Below, piece by piece: positions 58,365-64,000 of a stretch of 64,000 bases of DNA. The notes beneath the pieces were generated by a model that saw only the letters and a program-made list of their open reading frames with translations, was not told where the DNA came from and did not search any database. Origin of the DNA: the human T2T-CHM13v2.0 reference genome, Homo sapiens. Each line of letters starts with the position of its first letter. The first letter of the stretch is position 1. The stretch lies in NCBI RefSeq assembly GCF_009914755.1, contig NC_060942.1; one strand, given 5' to 3'. Both the position numbers and the translations under genes were made by a program.

Positions 58365-61300
58365 TTATATACTTTTCATATGCTAATAGCAATTGAACTT
58401 CAGGGAAACGTGTGACAATATTTTCTCTAATTTTTGCAATAATTTTCTGGGTCTGCAAGTTGTTAATATATTTTGTTTAGTTTTACCATTAAAGAGCAAA
58501 ATATAGTGAGGAATTTTCTCACACAAAAAAAGATGGAAATAAATACAAATGGCCAAGTAGATCAAAGGCAGGAGCAGATAACTCACAGACAAAGAGGTGT
58601 AAACATGTCAAGATTATTCTTAAAGTTTAGATGTATTTAATAAAATTAAGTCAAATGAGATGCCAAGTATAACTGTTAATTTATATTTACTTTTTAATTA
58701 ATGATATCTAATTTCTATATATTTATAATTCTATAATACTGATATCAAGTATATATAAACACATATACACATATATTTATATACATAAAAGATATAAATG
58801 CATAAACATATGTACTTATATATAGGGTTGATGATAAGTTTAATTGAGTAGACTTCTTAGGGAAAATTATTTTTATTCTTTAACTCCTACCCTTGGAAAG
58901 TTTTCTTAAAGAAATAACAAAGTTATCCGTGTTATTAGGTTCCTAATGACATCTAAAAATAATTATTTGTTTATACTTAAAGGCATTTAATTGTGTTTTT
59001 ATATTGGGTTATAATTTTTAATATAAAATAAGGAGGAAAAACAGGCAAAATGACAGTAAAGAATGTTATGTCTGTAGAACTTGTGAACATTCTATCCAGG
59101 CATTCTATCCAGATGTGGGAGCTACTTGTTTTGGTCAAACTGTCAACTTCTACAAGCTTTGTCTCCACAAACCACCCTGATCCCTTTGAGATTACCATGG
59201 TAGAAAGAACAACAACCGATGAAAGGGTGTTTTATCCCTGTGTGTTCTGTGACAGACATTTGAAAATAATTAACTCAGATGACAGATCAGAACAAAATCT
59301 TTGGCCATATCTATGCCTTTATCACCTAAGGCAAGGCTGCCAGTTGGAGTTGAAAATAAGAAGAGGGGCCTTTGCTATACATCTGTGCTCTTATTCATCC
59401 TGATCACCTCTGTTTCTTTCTTTTACCACCTTTCTGAGAAACCTGTTAAGACCTTCAAGTGATGTATTTGAGGCTGGGAAAAGGATGAAGAAGGAACCAT
59501 AAAAAATGATGGCATATTGTCAGAGGATATAAGTAGAGAAGAGACATCTATCTATCAAACTCTGGATAAGACTATAGCATTTCTCAAAGAACATATTTCA
59601 TATTTTACTGATACTTGCTCTGCAGAATTTACATCGCCTAATCCTAGAGAATGAATGGGGCCCACGTATGCAGTTGTTTGCTTAAATGTAGGAATGGAAG
59701 TGGAAAAAATGCACACAAAAATCCTCAGTGTTAAGGCAATTTTTGGATTAGTAAAGCAAACAACAAAAATATATTCTAGAAAATCAGAAACTTCTCTATC
59801 TGCTAGAGCACATTTCCTGTGGTTCCTTTATAATAAGTGATCGTTTCTCCCAGGGCTTGAAAAAGACTGTATTTCATGTATAGTAGGCCTCCTTTGAATC
59901 AACTGGCCTCTGCTCCAGGGAAGCTGCCAGCAAAGGGAAGAATTGGGAAAAAAAAAGTCTGCATTCTTGTCACTTGAAAAGATGATGAAATTTCAGGAGC
60001 AATATTGAATATTTCATAATGTCTTATTTTTCTCTCTCCCTCTAATTTATATTTCATTCTAGGTTTTCCAAAAGGAAAGGGCAAAAATAAACAAAAATTC
60101 TACTTGTTAAGTGTCAGGACAAAAATGTGTAGGTATGGTTTGTGTGATGTTGAATTTGAAACCATGTATCACTAATAACAAAGTTTATCACAAATGAATG
60201 TAAACAAATAATACGTTTGTTTTACAAAATAGAAGTCTGCTAGGTATCAAAAAAGTTCAAGTGCCGGATATTTATTGACTCTTTTTGTCTTCCACAAAAC
60301 ATAAGCATAATTTGGACCTATCTTAGTGAACCAGAATATTTTATTGTCAGCAATTGCCATTTTGAGTTGGCTTATATTCTGATTTTGTGATAACTCAGTT
60401 TCTGCCTTAAGCCTGATACCTGAAAAGCTAGCTGGGTTTTTGGGCTCCAAGGAGGGGTAAGAAGGAGTTTAAAACTCATTGTGAACCATCATTGATAGAA
60501 GGATACCGAGTAGCGATGACCTTCCCTCTTTATGTAGCAATTTGGTAATGACTGTTCCGTCCACAAATCCTGTTGGCAGAGCTGATCACAAAAACTCTTT
60601 TGCTCCTGTCAGTGAGCTAACAGCATGTGACATTGAATGACCCAGCAAAGCAGATGTGCTAGTACCAAAGCAACAGCCACATTTTCTCTATCACAAAAGT
60701 GAAATGTACCTTCCTAAATCTCATATGCTTGTGGCTGTGAACATTCCAATTTCTCCCTCAGTTCGATATCTCTATAGTGTACGTCCATGTGAAGGTGTGC
60801 TTTATTGTTGTCTGCCTTTCCAACAATCAATTCATTTGCACCTTTTTCTAATATTATAACATTTCCTAAGTCTGGCTGTTTTGAAATGCCATTCTTCCCC
60901 CTTTAAAATATTTTCATTCACTTTTATCAGTAGAGCCAAGTTATGTGAATCTTAGGAGAAGCAAAAACTCAAAAGAACTTTGCCAGATTTGCTACTTGGG
61001 AAAGCTCTGTGCATTTGGCAGACAACTGTGATATGTGTAGTATAATTGCACATAGAAGCCGTGCTGATAACAAGAACAAGAAAACCACTCTGTGAAGGTA
61101 TGTATGATAAGAGAAAGAGAGAGAAAGAGAGAAAATGAAAAGAGGGAGAGAGAGCAGGCACCAGATCCTGTAAAGTTGTATCCTGCACTTGCACAAGCTT
61201 GTATTAGTTGTCAACTACTTCACTTCACCAGCACTGTAAGCCACTTACATCACACTCTGTTAGTCTCATGTAACAAAATTGAAAATGGGGGTTCTGAATT

Positions 61301-64000
61301 AAAATAGGCAGGGTTAGTGAACTTCATGCATTTTCTGAATGGGTCAAAATCTTACACTAAGCAGGACTTTGCATTTTCTTTTGCAGTAAATTGCACTGCA
61401 CTAGAGTGAGAAATCATGTCATATTTTGTTACTAAACCTGGAATCTCAAATCAGGGATCAATGAGACTTCAAAAAGTATACTTCTTAAGAGTTGCCAGTG
61501 GCAAACACGACCAGACGGTTTCCAAAGCTTTACCTTCTTTCTTTCATTTTTCTTAACTTTTTCATTTCGGGCTGTCTTTTCACAAGTTTTCACAAATACT
61601 AGAAAAGGCAATTACTAAATCCAGATGCTAGGGTCAAGTCAACCTAAAATTCTCTTAAATACACATTTTGAAAAAAGGAATTTTTGGAGAACTCCACTTA
61701 AGACATGATATCCTCATTTTATGCAGAAAAAGTAACAATAATTATTTCCAAGTATTTGCCAAGTGTACTTAGCACACTTAAAACTATTTCCACAAACATT
61801 TATTAAATACTTTAAAAATTTTCCACAGGATGCTCAGTTTTGTAATCTTTTTGTCCTATTTTGAATTTTTAATAAAAGTTAGGCATTTACATTGTGAAAC
61901 TGTATTACAATTCTTTCTGCTGAGATTTCAAAGTTGCTTTGTTCAGTAATCTACTGGAGTTCAAAATACAAAAGGATACAGTGGAGCATTGTTCATACTA
62001 TATACCAATAAGCTATGCAAAGCAATAACCTTCCTTTCCTTTTGTCTAATCTGAGTGACTGCATCAATACATGCACACACAAGTTTACATATTGGAGCAT
62101 ACATATCTGCCTGTGTGCATTAATTTATACCCTTAGTCAAAATAAAGTCTTGATTCTTATACTTACAGCTTCCACTGCACAAGAGGAATGTCAAATACTA
62201 TCAGTTAAATTAGCAAGCACATTTTCAGGGAAATTGATTTTTGGAGTCTGAAATCCCTGAAATCACTCAAAGTCCTTGTTGCTTTTCAGGTGCCCCATTA
62301 ATCTTTATAGGACTCTATTGACACTGGTGTCGGCTGCATTCCCTTGCAGGGCTTAGGGCAGATGTGAGCAGAACATCACAGCCCAGGGATTCAGTTCTAA
62401 TTCAACAGAACTCACATTACTCCTTTAAACTAAACAGAAAATGATATAGAAGGGATTTGTAAAGACAAGGGTGTAAATTACAACAATGGTGCTGAACTAT
62501 TCCTTGATAAAGATGGTTTCAGGGAAGAGCTTGTTTCTTGAATTATCTCCATTGCCACTTTATGTGGCTTGAAATTTAATAAGAGTGGGTCTCAAAGCCA
62601 AGGGAGTGCTTCTCATCCAAATGCTGCCTCCTCTGGTGCATATTTAGGAGTATAGGAAGCAGCTAGGACTGGAAGTTTTGATAGGAAAAAAAGAATAGAG
62701 TGAATTCAAATATGTAAACCCCATCTATAGAGACATAAAGAGCTATCAATAAAACTGAAGCTTAAAATAATAAATAAGACAAAATCATTAAGAAAACACT
62801 ATAATGTGACCATGTTTTATTCCACATCCAACTGGAGCTAAACTGGGTAGTCTGAGCCCTAATTTAACGAGGAGTCTATGAAAGTGTCCTTCTTCCCTGA
62901 AAGAAAAACAAAGATAAAAAGGTGCTGTGGATTTTTCAGAATTTTCAACAATAGCTATAGTTCTCTTACAGGTAAAAAGAATAAAATTGAAAAACACTGA
63001 GGAAGAAGTAGTTTTCCAAATTGTTAGCATTATTTCTAGGAAGACAAAAACTGTTGTTGGTTTCCTCTCTGGCATATCACTTGCAAACTCTGTCGCCACT
63101 GTGGCCTTTCTTAGATTCAGTTCTCAGGGTAGAGCAATTAGCAATCCATTTGTGAAAGCAGAACATAAAAAACGGACTCTTTCTGTCCATATACTCTAAA
63201 TTGTGCATGTAATGTAGATGGTGTGGTTAAGAAATATTGGTTATTTGCTGAAAATATGACCAATTCTACAGCAAATATTTAAAAATAACTGAGACAGGAG
63301 TAATGACTCTGTGGTGAACAATAAAAGACCATAATGATTTCAGTGATGACATTGTCCCATTGCTTAGGAAGTCAGAATAAGTCTGTTAAACCATGAGATA
63401 CAACCCTTTTTTTCAGAACAGCATTCTCTTTCATCTGAAAATGAGAGAAATTAAATATAGACAGACAGATAAAAAGGATTTACACCATTTTCAAGGTAAT
63501 TTATTTTCAGTGCTTACTTTCTCAGCTTTATTTTCTGTATTAAACTCTATAAAAGCTCTCTTAAGTTCCCCCAAGCATCTCTGAGTGAAGCAGTCCAAAA
63601 CATATATGAATTTGGTCATAAAGTGCATTTTATTCCTCTTGTCAAAACAACAAAAAAAGTCAGTAGGATATCTGGAATCACATAAAACAGACAGACGCCA
63701 GAAGGAGAGATGCATTAAAATCCTCTAATATCTGACACTCAGAGAGAATAACTGCATGAGGATGATTCAGACACTTGTGCTTGATATTAACCGGAAGAAA
63801 ACATTCACTTTCTGTTGTAAGAACTACATATGGACAGGCTTTACTTATCATTTTTCCTCTGGGTATACTGATAAATTTGAAAGCACAGAAGAGTGGAATA
63901 TTAAAGTTGACTCACCATTTCACCAAAAAAACATGTGGCTGTTTATGTGAATTATACATCACTGCCACTTTAAATAAATGTTGGAAAAAGAAAAATTGGA

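Noticed and set aside
62622-62640. CTCF-like motif gctgcctcctctggtgca
   Set aside because: Core spacing is off by one base relative to the CTCF consensus; unsupported without ChIP data.
62788-63199. Overlapping 103-aa and 90-aa ORFs
   Set aside because: No recognisable domain and no clear splice context.

Overview
AT-rich, CpG-poor primate genomic DNA, almost certainly human, because it carries a young AluYg6 element. There is no CpG island, no recognisable host protein-coding exon and no tRNA/rRNA gene. The window reads as a long intron or intergenic/lncRNA region filled with interspersed repeats: eight Alus, an L1PA ORF2 fragment, older L1M pieces, ERV1/ERVL/MaLR solo LTRs, MER DNA transposons, L2 and MIR. 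The only ORF with real protein homology is the broken L1 ORF2 reverse transcriptase. I found no evidence for a new multi-gene system. The most notable signals are rearrangement scars and RNA-like structures: a 5'-inverted AluSp inside an LTR8, a doubly truncated L1PA fused to half an LTR40, an old duplication of an LTR/flank junction, direct repeats around templated-looking filler, an L1-derived 31-bp minisatellite, a 63-nt pre-miRNA-like hairpin and a few candidate exons. Repeat subfamily names come from recalled consensus sequences, not a RepeatMasker run, and boundaries of old repeats are approximate.
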